NCBI GenBank assembly: GCA_035297365.1
Contig: DATGZA010000011.1
Location: 1-64,000, forward strand
Reading direction: 5' to 3'
Length of the DNA: 64,000 nt
DNA from: Nitrososphaeraceae archaeon
GTDB taxonomy: Archaea; Thermoproteota; Nitrososphaeria; Nitrososphaerales; Nitrososphaeraceae
The stretch's first letter is position 1. Each line of letters starts with the position of its first letter. The translations under genes were made by a program, and so were the position numbers. Shown here in pieces: positions 10,354 through 20,093 of this stretch. The notes below the pieces were generated by a model, which worked only from the letters and a program-made list of their open reading frames with translations, ran no database searches and had not been told where the DNA came from.

Positions 10354-10692
10354 TCAATTTAAGGCATTATTCACAAATGCTTCGTATTTTTCCTTTGGAG
10401 AAACTCCCACCGTTCGAGCTATCTCATTGCCATTTTTAAACAATACTAGTGAAGGTATAGATTGAATATTATATTTTACTGCAATTTCTTCATTTTGGTC
10501 AACATTAAGTTTAGACACTTTAACTTTTCCGTCTAGAGAGTAAGCTAATTGTTCAACAATTGGGCCAACCATTTTACAGGGACCACACCATTCTGCCCAA
10601 AAATCGACTAGCACTGGGATATCAGAATGCAAAACTTTATCGTTCCAATTTGTTGTATTCAATGAAACAACTTTTTCTAATTCTTTTGTCAT
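10354..10692 (-). CDS. trxA: Thioredoxin
   Basis: VDFWAEWCGPCK, KLNVD and SIPSL motifs. Confidence 0.97.
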   Translation of the reverse strand: MTKELEKVVSLNTTNWNDKVLHSDIPVLVDFWAEWCGPCKMVGPIVEQLAYSLDGKVKVSKLNVDQNEEIAVKYNIQSIPSLVLFKNGNEIARTVGVSPKEKYEAFVNNALN

Positions 10693-11241
10693 AATATATA
10701 TATTATCATATCAGGTAATTATAGACCTACAATTTCAAATAAAGTCACAACAGAGTTTATATTTTTATCATCTTCAAACAGGAATGGATCAATATGTTAG
10801 TCAAAATATTAACTAATTGTTGCTTTTGGAGTCATATTTCTTAACTTATACAAAATAAAATTTAGACAAATTTATTTTTCATCTATCTTGATTGTAAGAT
10901 TTTCATTACCATCTGTTTTCTTGACTTCTCAGTTTTTGACATCTTTGCAAATATTCTAGTGCATTATTTCAAAAGTACCAACAACAATCAACCATGCCCT
11001 GTGGGAGATCAAGTCATTTTTTGCTTAGGATAGTGTTCGTTTCTCATATCGGTTTCAATTGGATGGTCACGTATCTCTATTAGCTTGATTCTCTCTATCT
11101 CTTTTAGCCTAACCAATAAAGTGATTGGACCAAATCCTGTATAGATTTCTTTTATCTTTATATTATTAATTATTTTTTTTATTATAAAAAATGTATAGCC
11201 ATGAAAAATAGCATATATTCACAAGAATCATTAATTTGTCA

Positions 11242-11985
11242 TTAATTATCTATTTTATTGTAATCGTTATTTTTTATAGGATAAATTAAAGATTTATTTT
11301 CATTTACTATGTCACCAATTGATTCTATGATTCTTGTAGAATATCTGAATGCTTTCGTAATATCTGACGGATTGTCATTTGTTTCTATGATGATATTGTT
11401 CTCAGACAGATACACAACTATTTCGATACAGTTTTCTATATCTTTCCATTTTAACTGATACCCTGTTAATGTTTGTACCATACCTACCCATCTTAAGTTA
11501 TCAAACCATTTTCCTGAAATACTTTGAACTATTTTTTTATTAACAAGTTTGTATGGGACATACACTTGTAGAATTTGTGTATATTTTGTTTGACTACTTC
11601 TTTCGTCATTTGATGAACCCTTCAGATTTGAAAATATTATTTTCCCGTCTTTCGTAGATCTATATCCTAATTTGGTTCTCTCAATCAAACCCAATTCTTG
11701 TAATCGTCTAAGTGATCTTGATAAAATTTCTTGATGTATATTCAACATACTTTTCAGTCCATTAAATGAAAATGTGGATATAGTATTTTCATCTTCATTA
11801 CCATGCAAAATATTCATAATATCTATATCATGTTGTCTAAGGTCTGATAGAGATATAGAAGAATCATTATCATATATCTTTTGTTTACCGGGAAACGATG
11901 TAAGTAAAATGGTTAAATTGTCATTATCTATATTATTTTTATTTTGAATTTGAGTATTTTCTTTTATTTTTATTTTACACACCAC
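11242..11985 (-). CDS. Winged-helix DNA-binding protein (conserved thaumarchaeal type)
   Basis: FSFNGLKSMLNIHQEILSRSLRRLQELGLIER; GKWFDNLRWVG. Confidence 0.75.
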   Translation of the reverse strand: MVCKIKIKENTQIQNKNNIDNDNLTILLTSFPGKQKIYDNDSSISLSDLRQHDIDIMNILHGNEDENTISTFSFNGLKSMLNIHQEILSRSLRRLQELGLIERTKLGYRSTKDGKIIFSNLKGSSNDERSSQTKYTQILQVYVPYKLVNKKIVQSISGKWFDNLRWVGMVQTLTGYQLKWKDIENCIEIVVYLSENNIIIETNDNPSDITKAFRYSTRIIESIGDIVNENKSLIYPIKNNDYNKIDN

Positions 11986-12103
11986 ACATTAACTATATTA
12001 ATGTAAGTATATATAAATTGGTAAGTGGACATGTATAAAGCAACTTACTAAATGGTAAGTAAAATAAATCATTTAGTAATAGAAAACATAAAAATAAAAA
12101 TAG

Positions 12104-13096
12104 TTACGGCTGATTCTCCAATATCACTGAAACATTAAATCGTCTTCCGTATCTATTTACAGATAGTAAAGTCTTTTCGTTTATCTTCTTCTTTTTGATT
12201 TGAGATGAAAGCTCTGTTATTTCTTCTATCCTTTTATCATCAATCTCCTCGATAATATCACCTGGTCTTATTCCTGCATCAGCTGCTGGACTATATTCTT
12301 CCACCTTTACAACTAGTGCACCTTCATTAGTTGGTAACCGATAATATCTAGCTATTCTACCGGTTATCTTGATCGTAGATATGCCTAACCATGGTCGATT
12401 AACTTTCCCATATTGTATTAGCTCCTCTAAGACCTTTTTTGCTGTGTTTACAGGGATTGCAAATCCTATTCCATGGGCATACGGTATTTTTGCGGTATTG
12501 ATGGCAACTACTTCTCCGCTAGTATTTACTAAAGGTCCGCCGGAATTGCCTGGATTTATTGCTGCATCTGTTTGAACCAATTCTAATACTCCATCTTCAA
12601 GTTCGATGTTCCTATTTATGGAACTAATAATTCCAGTTGTAACCGTAGGTCCTCCTGTTAGACCAAAAGGATTACCGACAGCAATAACTATTTGACCCAC
12701 TTTTAGAATATCAGAATCTCCTAATTTGGCAAATGGCATAGAGGTTATTGACTTGTTATCAAGATAATTAGTATCATTATTGGAGTCATCAAAACTATTA
12801 GAATTCAATTCAATTTTTAATACAGCAAGATCAGTTAGCTTATCAGTTCCAATTGCTTTAGCATTAAATGTTCTTCCATCATTTAAGGTAACTTTTAATC
12901 TCCTAGCATGGTCGACTACATGATAATTTGTGAGTATATGACCTTGATTATCAATGATAATGCCAGATCCTACACCTTCAATTGGAAATATACGGAAGAG
13001 CTGGTCAGTTACCATTTTGACACTGGCAATATTAACTACATTCTTAGTTATTTTTTCAATAGCGTCGATAAATGTTCCTTCAGTTATAGAAATCAG
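12104..13096 (-). CDS. htrA: Trypsin-like serine protease with PDZ domain (HtrA/DegP family); probable CTG start at 13096
   Basis: TNYHVV, DLAVL and GNSGGPL catalytic motifs, C-terminal PDZ; frame is open 27 codons upstream of ATG13015 to a CTG preceded by GAGGAGG. Confidence 0.92.
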   Translation of the reverse strand: MISITEGTFIDAIEKITKNVVNIASVKMVTDQLFRIFPIEGVGSGIIIDNQGHILTNYHVVDHARRLKVTLNDGRTFNAKAIGTDKLTDLAVLKIELNSNSFDDSNNDTNYLDNKSITSMPFAKLGDSDILKVGQIVIAVGNPFGLTGGPTVTTGIISSINRNIELEDGVLELVQTDAAINPGNSGGPLVNTSGEVVAINTAKIPYAHGIGFAIPVNTAKKVLEELIQYGKVNRPWLGISTIKITGRIARYYRLPTNEGALVVKVEEYSPAADAGIRPGDIIEEIDDKRIEEITELSSQIKKKKINEKTLLSVNRYGRRFNVSVILENQP

Positions 13097-13684
13097 AATT
13101 TTATACCTCCTCGTTCTAAAGGTGATTTAGGTTTTGATGGCGTATTCGGTGGTTTCTTTATCGTTGGTTGACTTATAATTATATCATACATACTAGTATT
13201 ATATTAGAAGGAGATGACTAAATTGATTAATTTTTAATTATTTGGTCACCTCAATAACAACACTTTCTCATCGATGCTGTTTAGAGAATCTACAAAGTGT
13301 TAAATGGAAATATGAAAAAAAGGGAGGTCATGACTACCTGATGAGAACTACAACCAATGCAGAGTTTTTTTTATGTCAGGCGAACGTCTGTACAACCAAG
13401 TATAGCCATCAGACAGACGACACTCCCCAACTTCAAAAAGCACAGAAAAGGTTATAACGGTTATAGAAAGATATGGATAAATGTACCCAAGAATCCATTT
13501 TCATCGAAGCACTTTGACATAAAACAGACTTTTAAAAAGAGAGCTAAGACGAATGACATGAAATTCAAATAAACTGATTTTGAGATAAAAATATTCAGGC
13601 CACAGAGGCCTACCGGAAGGATAAAAACATTGTCTTAACTTTTTGGGGAAAACTTTAATATAATTATCAAAAAATTCTGTAGAT

Positions 13685-14077
13685 ATGTCTTCTTCGCAAT
13701 CCCTTGTTACAAATAAAAAAGATCCAACAATAACCATAAAGATCGTCAAATATATGATTATGGAACACTATGAATGTCCTCCAGACTCCAAGTATTGTCT
13801 AGAAGTACTTACAGAAAGTAGAAAGAATCAAGTTCTTACACGAATAAATCAGGACAATGTGGTAAGGGATGTAAACAGACCAGTTATCGCCACAAAAATC
13901 AATTGTTGGGAGTGTGGTCTGGAAATCTTTGTTCACAGCCTGGTTGTATCGAACAAGTTTTCAAAAGGTAGAAAAAGACGATACCACTTTAGGTGTGCTT
14001 TGAAAAAGAACCTCGTAGAAGAAAAGACAAAGATGCATGAAGATTATAGAAAATTCCTGTTAGGTATATTAATTTGA
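13685..14077 (+). CDS. Hypothetical protein with C-terminal CxxC...HxxC zinc finger
   Basis: CWECGLEI...KRRYHFRCALKKNL. Confidence 0.6.
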   Translation: MSSSQSLVTNKKDPTITIKIVKYMIMEHYECPPDSKYCLEVLTESRKNQVLTRINQDNVVRDVNRPVIATKINCWECGLEIFVHSLVVSNKFSKGRKRRYHFRCALKKNLVEEKTKMHEDYRKFLLGILI

Positions 14078-14344
14078 GATGGTGTGACTGTTTCGTAGCC
14101 AAAACACCCCGGTGACGACGAGGAGAAACAAAATGGAAACATTACCCTCACACTACAAATGTCGTACTCTATCCTCGGGGGTATTGAATTCATATTTCAA
14201 TAATGTAAGTAATGTGATTTATGTTTACTCTTTAAATCAATTAGTCTCACTTAAAGATAACTAGAAATGATATTATATATCATCTTGACGTAATGCTTTG
14301 TGAGAAAACTTTTTGAAATCCAAATGTAAAGATAATACCGCAAC

Positions 14345-15692
14345 ATGAGTAAATCTGAATTACTATCCAACAATAAATCAATTTTCCTCCTTATCATATC
14401 TATGTTGACAATAATTATAATGGATGGTTCTTTAGCAATATTTTGTACTCCTAGAAGCAACAGAATAATTAATATCTCAAATACAGAATTATATTTAATT
14501 TATTCTGTTATTTTCATAATAAGCAATATTGTTATCTTAAATATTGTAAGGAATATCAAATCAAATTTGAAAAACAAATATTTTTATTTTATAATATTGA
14601 TTACCCAGGTTTTACTATCAATAATTCTAGCAACAATTTACGGACAAATGATATTTTATTCTAATTATTCTAATTTTTTTATTTTTCTAACCGTTTTTAC
14701 TTCATTTTTAACATCAATAGGTTTCTTATCAATTTTAACGGTGAAATTACTGAGGTGGTTTTCGGATACTCCTAATTATTTAATTTTGGTATATGGTATT
14801 GCAATTTCATTATTTATTCTTAACACTATAATTGGATTATTATATGTAACACAGGCATTATCAACACATAATGATATAATAAAACCATCATCCTGTCGCG
14901 CAATATTTGCATCTATTTTCAGTGTAAATCCTGACTTGTCTATTTATTTAAGTAACTTCTATGATATAACTTCCATTATATCTTTCATAGCAGTATGGTT
15001 TGTAACTACTTTTATGTTAAAACAATACTCTCGTAACATTGGTAAAATTAAATATTGGATTTTAGTTAGTATTCCATTAATTTTTTTTTATGACTAAATA
15101 TGAGGTTTTATCGTATTATTTTTTATATGATCCTGCGATTTTAGGCATTTTTTCTTCCATTTCATTAAATCCAACGTTTAATCCTATCGTATCTACCCTT
15201 TTGAATTCAAACTTGCAATTTGGAGGAATATTTTTTGCAATAGTATTTTTAGTAATAGCCAAAAAAATTCCAAAAGGACACCAAATAAAAAATTCGTTAA
15301 TGATTTCCTTAATTGGAATGATGTTTCTCTTTGGTTCTAAAGGCATAAGTACATTAATTTTATCTTCCTATCCACCTGTAGGTATTGCAGCAATTTCATT
15401 TATGGGTCTAGCATCTTATTTATTACTGCTGGGAATTTATAGCAGTGCAACAACAGCAGCAAGAGATTTCTCCCTTCGGAAATATCTCAATAAAAAGTTA
15501 GAAAATGATACAACATTGTTAAATAATATTGCATTTTCTGAAGAAAAAAGTGAAATTGAAAAAAATGTCAAATCATTAATGAATTACTCATCACAATTTC
15601 AACAAGATAAAAAACCCCTAGAGATAAATCCACAAGAACTAAAAGAAATAATAGATGATGTAATGTCTGAAGTAAAGGAAAATACAAGTTAA
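14345..15692 (+). CDS. Polytopic membrane protein with cytoplasmic helical tail, frameshifted at a T9 run (15081-15089)
   Basis: ORFs 14345..15097 and 15090..15692 join into one ~450-aa protein colinear with 30018..31370 if the run is T8. Confidence 0.8.
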
Positions 15693-15766
15693 AGACGATA
15701 AGGTAGAAAAAAATAATAAAAAACCATAATAAAAAATAGGACTTATTTAGATAATATCCTAAACTA

Positions 15767-16548
15767 TTACTTTACCGTTAAAATGTAAGTTATTTTTGAC
15801 TCATGATCCCAACCCTTTGTTTTATCCAAGCCTCCAGATCCCTCAATCTTTGTATAATAAGTTAGTTGATGGTTTCCTTTTGAGATTTTATCCTTATCTA
15901 TAAATCCACAGAAGCAATAAGCAACTGCTTTATATTTTACTGGTGATGATGCAAAATCCTGTGGTTTTTCATAACTTGTATATTGAGTTTTGTTGGTTAC
16001 CGTTAAGTCAAAGAAGTTTGTAGGCCCTATTTCCTTATAATAACCAGCCAGAGAGTTATTATAGCGAACTTTTAGATTATTAACATCTGTATTATCGATC
16101 AATAAATCAACAATTTTTTTATCATCTAAATGTGCTGTCATTGTAACAATACCACGGTTAGAATCTAAAGTACACTTCAGCAATTTTTCGTATGAGTTAG
16201 TACCATACAAATCTGTGTGACCATTAGTACACCATCCAATATAGAAAGGGAAAAATAGCGATTTGTGTGGAATTGTACATGTATCCTTAATGTTTCCCAT
16301 CTCAAATGGATCATGTAAGAATATAACAGAATCTGTATCATGTATCACACACGGATTCACTAACTGTTGAGGATCCTCTTCAAATGGTACATTTGCCCAC
16401 CAATCTAGAAATTCACCGACTAATTTTTCAAATTTAATATTATCGTTTTTTGTGTCGTTAATCCCATGTACAGGTATCAAATTAAAAGATAACAAGTTTA
16501 GGAAAATTAAAGCGGGACTAAAAAAATCAATACTACTCTTGGAATCAT
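15767..16548 (-). CDS. Secreted Cys-containing protein, partner of the membrane protein; signal peptide disrupted at an A7 run (16520-16526)
   Basis: Homologous to 29093..29905; ATG16548 gives MIPRVVLIFFSPALIFLNLLSFNLIPVHG if the run has 8 nt. Confidence 0.75.
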
Positions 16549-17024
16549 CTATTGTAAGTGAAATTAATGATATGATTTAAAGATTTTTTTAATTACTTTC
16601 TGAAATAATTTGCGAAACTTTGCTTATATTTTGAATTTTATCTGCTGATTTCTCTATTCTTTCATCCAAAATTTTCATGTGTTTGCAACTCTTGTAAAGA
16701 TTTCTTGTCTGGTTCACACATTAACATCAAATAGTATCAAAAGCAGTTGTGACAAAGTTTGTAGTAATATGCTTTAACAGTGCGAGATTTTGGAAATTAG
16801 AGTCTTTATAAATCATTGAGGGATTGTTATAGCAGAGTATTTACAAAATACAGTTTTTATCTATCAAATTGGAAAGTCAGTATAAGCAATAAAGTACTCA
16901 TTAACATCTCATTCTATAATTGGTTGAAGTTCAAAAGTAATCGCTAAATTAAAATAAAAAAACATAATAGATGAACAGAGTCTATCATAGTCACTGATTA
17001 TTCCTTTAATATTCATAAAAATTC

Positions 17025-17477
17025 TCAAATATGATCTAACTTCTTAATTTGCCCTCTTACTTTTCCCTTCGGTTTATCCTCTGTCAATATATTTACATAT
17101 GCTTCTCCGTTTTCTATTTTTTTGACCAATTCTTCGGTATTCTTTCCTTGTAACGGCCCTTTAAGATCCTGTGAACTTATATCCCCTTCACATAATTTGC
17201 CCGTAACTTCGTCTGATGGAGTTTCAGACTTATATAGCTCTGCAACCGTTTCTCCTTTCTCATGTTTACCTACGTCAATACTAACTTCTTTTATTTTACT
17301 CATATCTGTAATTTTCACACAGAATTTTAGATCTTCATTATCTTTGGATTGGAATGTTGCTAAAGCAGTATCTAATGTATCTACTACTGGCACTTCTTCT
17401 CTTCCAGTAAGTATTGCAGCAAAATCTATATTCTCATTATTATTCTCATTATACTCTTTATCATTAGAAAAATTCAA
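17025..17477 (-). CDS. CHRD domain protein
   Basis: F.A.LTG.EEVP.V.T...G.AYVN..T...P.G.VRGQI signature. Confidence 0.85.
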   Translation of the reverse strand: MNFSNDKEYNENNNENIDFAAILTGREEVPVVDTLDTALATFQSKDNEDLKFCVKITDMSKIKEVSIDVGKHEKGETVAELYKSETPSDEVTGKLCEGDISSQDLKGPLQGKNTEELVKKIENGEAYVNILTEDKPKGKVRGQIKKLDHI

Positions 17478-17929
17478 TGTAGTTTGTTATACATAACATT
17501 TCTTATAAGACTTTCAGTATATTTCTTTCATTAGTAAATATACGTCGTGATCTTGGGTGAAATATTGGTTTATCTCACTTTTTCCATTGGTCCGATTTAT
17601 TAAATATAAACTAAATGTTGTTTTTTATTATCTCGGAGTAGAAAGGGGTAGAAAATAATAATTCACTTTCTTCTTTCCGGAATTGAGTTGTTACAGCGTC
17701 GGCGGTATGTCTTACCACAACAATGTAGTTTATTTTTATTTATAATAGGAATCCTTCTTCTCTCTATTGATCTAAATGATTTAATAACTAGAAAATATAT
17801 CAAAAATATTTGTAGTAATTTTTAATATTTAATACTCAATTTTATCTTCAGATTTTGAATTTAGCCAACAATCCACTACAAAATATTATAGTTATTTTAT
17901 AAAATTAATATTTCAGGCTATCGTAATAA

Positions 17930-18814
17930 TTATAGAAAATCAGTAATCAAACGATTTTCACTATTTTTAATTAATTCGATAATCTCTTTTTTGTATGAAT
18001 TTTCTGTAGGTATTTTAAAAAATTCACAAAATTTATTTAGAAATTTTATTTCTTCTTGTAACAAAAAATTCTCATCCAAAACATTAGTTCCAAATCTAAA
18101 TAGATAGTTAAACGCCAGTTTCTGGTTTATCCTTTCCAGTGTAACCAGACTTTTATATATTTTATCTATGTCACTAAATTTGTTTGTTACCTTATTATCG
18201 AGTAATAACTTGTTAAAACTTCTCTTTGGAATACTAAATATTCCATTCATTACGAATCTATCGAATACAGACAGTACTTCAAAAAAATCATCTTTACCTG
18301 TATATCCTATAATTGTTGTTGGAAGAAGTTTTAACAGATGAAGATTCTTGGAAATATGTTTCTGATCAAGTACTAAAAATGACCTACCAAAGGTTAGGAT
18401 AGCATTTAATATTTGATTAGGAAGACGATTGTCAAGTACATCACTATCTGATTTTACCTCTACTGGAATAAATGTTAAATTTTTTATACTGCATTTTTCT
18501 TGTTTAGCTATTTGAATAAACTGATGAGTTCGCATGCGAATGTTCTGATAAACCTCATCATCACGCCCTTGGTCTTGAAAGAAAATGTCCTTTCTGGCGG
18601 TACCACTATAGGTATTGTCTATGTCTCTTTGATTCTCATTATTTTTATGGACAATTACAATTACAAAGTCAAAATTACCAAAGTATGCTTCCTCCTTTAT
18701 CTTTATTTGATGAGATTGATAATCTGAAATATGGATAGGTAGATGATGATTATTTTGAATATGTCTGTTTTTAATTGAACTTTTGAATAATTTCTTAAGT
18801 TCTGTTTCATTCAT
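17930..18814 (-). CDS. PD-(D/E)XK-like nuclease (MmcB/sce7726-like) with C-terminal PIP-box-like motif
   Basis: GNFDFVIV...VEVKSDSDVLDNRLPNQI; C-terminus ENRLITDFL. Confidence 0.6.
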   Translation of the reverse strand: MNETELKKLFKSSIKNRHIQNNHHLPIHISDYQSHQIKIKEEAYFGNFDFVIVIVHKNNENQRDIDNTYSGTARKDIFFQDQGRDDEVYQNIRMRTHQFIQIAKQEKCSIKNLTFIPVEVKSDSDVLDNRLPNQILNAILTFGRSFLVLDQKHISKNLHLLKLLPTTIIGYTGKDDFFEVLSVFDRFVMNGIFSIPKRSFNKLLLDNKVTNKFSDIDKIYKSLVTLERINQKLAFNYLFRFGTNVLDENFLLQEEIKFLNKFCEFFKIPTENSYKKEIIELIKNSENRLITDFL

Positions 18815-18941
18815 AGATTAGTAACTATAATGAATTCATTTACTAAATAATAATTGTAGTATATCAATAATATTTGACATGATGTAAAGATTTCTGGTAT
18901 CTTATACACAACTTCATATAGCAATACTTTTATAATTTCAT

Positions 18942-18958
18942 TACCGTAAAGTACGGTA
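18942..18958. promoter_or_regulatory. Perfect 7-3-7 palindrome TACCGTA-AAG-TACGGTA between the TATA box and the start codon
   Basis: TATA-like TTTTATAA at 18928-18935; palindrome ends on the A of ATG18958. Confidence 0.55.
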
Positions 18959-19557
18959 TGGAAACGGTGTTACACTATACAAAACCGTTAACTGCCTATG
19001 AATATTTGAATATACTGGCTTTCCATATAAACAACGAATCTATTGAATTAAGGTATGGTGACAAGATTTCCTTTGTAGATTGTGATGAATTCGTTAGTGA
19101 TATAATTGTTAAAGGATTACTTCCAAAAAGATATGGTGGTCTAGAATCTTCAAATGTACTTGTTATTACAAGTAATAATAGATTTGATTTTTATCAATGT
19201 GTAAATCTCGCAAAGAAAAAGTATGGGATGGATGTCAACAAGGTTTTAGACCATGTAATAATTACCAGAGTGTTTACCATTTATCAATTAGCAGAGATAT
19301 TAATTCATGAACTTTTTGAATTAATGGAAAAATTCCAATCAAAATTATTAGTTATTATTTCTGATCTATTTCTCTTGAATTCGATCAAACAGCAAATAGA
19401 ACAAGAAGAGAAAGATTGGATTGTTAAACAGATTACAAAATCACTAAATAGTATTAACAATTCTATTGTAACCGTTTTCTCTTCTATCATTATACCAGAT
19501 TTCAAGAATCATAAGAAACCTACAAAAAAGAGATACAACGTGAATATAAATGGGTAG
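18958..19557 (+). CDS. Inactivated RadA/RecA-like protein
   Basis: GGLESSNVLVI..NRFDFY...YGMDVNKVLDHVIITRVFTIYQL...LLVIISD matches the RadA core; no Walker A GxxGxGKT. Confidence 0.75.
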   Translation: METVLHYTKPLTAYEYLNILAFHINNESIELRYGDKISFVDCDEFVSDIIVKGLLPKRYGGLESSNVLVITSNNRFDFYQCVNLAKKKYGMDVNKVLDHVIITRVFTIYQLAEILIHELFELMEKFQSKLLVIISDLFLLNSIKQQIEQEEKDWIVKQITKSLNSINNSIVTVFSSIIIPDFKNHKKPTKKRYNVNING

Positions 19558-19795
19558 AACTATTCCATCATTTAGAATAGCAATTGATCTCGAACAAAAT
19601 GAATGGAAATCATATCAAAAATATCTGAATCTAGAAAAGAGAAAATTATTTAGAGAAATGTTTTCAATTGCCAGGTTATACAATTCTGCTTGTTCTTATT
19701 GTAGTAATCCCATTAGAATATATCCTATTTTATTATCTATTATTTTTCATAAATACAAGTCTTTAAAAAAAAAGACGAATGTGATATCAAGATGA
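19550..19795 (+). CDS. Small helical PolB2-associated protein (arCOG07300-like)
   Basis: MGRTIPSFRIA...EW..Y..L..EKRKLF..MF..ARLY..A; overlaps both neighbours. Confidence 0.75.
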   Translation: MGRTIPSFRIAIDLEQNEWKSYQKYLNLEKRKLFREMFSIARLYNSACSYCSNPIRIYPILLSIIFHKYKSLKKKTNVISR

Positions 19796-20046
19796 ATCTA
19801 TTTCCATATGAAGATATACTAACAAAAGAGATAGACTCATGGAAAAGTTATTCAGACTGCCTGAGAAAAAAAGATAGAGAACTATTTGATCAGATGCTAA
19901 AAAATTGTTACCAATATTCAGAATCTATCAGTGCAAAAGGAAGGGATTACTCAACCGAATCTCTATTAATGACACTTTTATTTGAACAATACAAGCGAAC
20001 AACATCTACTACTGTTCCTACTATAGATGGAGTGACTACAATTTAG
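19792..20046 (+). CDS. Second small helical PolB2-associated paralog
   Basis: EIDSWKSYSDCLRKKDRELFDQML..CY.YS...ESLLMTLLFEQ; ATGA overlap with the upstream gene. Confidence 0.75.
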   Translation: MNLFPYEDILTKEIDSWKSYSDCLRKKDRELFDQMLKNCYQYSESISAKGRDYSTESLLMTLLFEQYKRTTSTTVPTIDGVTTI

Positions 20047-20093
20047 TTAAAATAACTGGATGGATTTTTGACGCTTACCATCTAGATAACAAA

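Noticed and set aside
10860-11160. Possible decayed gene between trxA and the wHTH gene
   Set aside because: No consistent frame or recognisable motif
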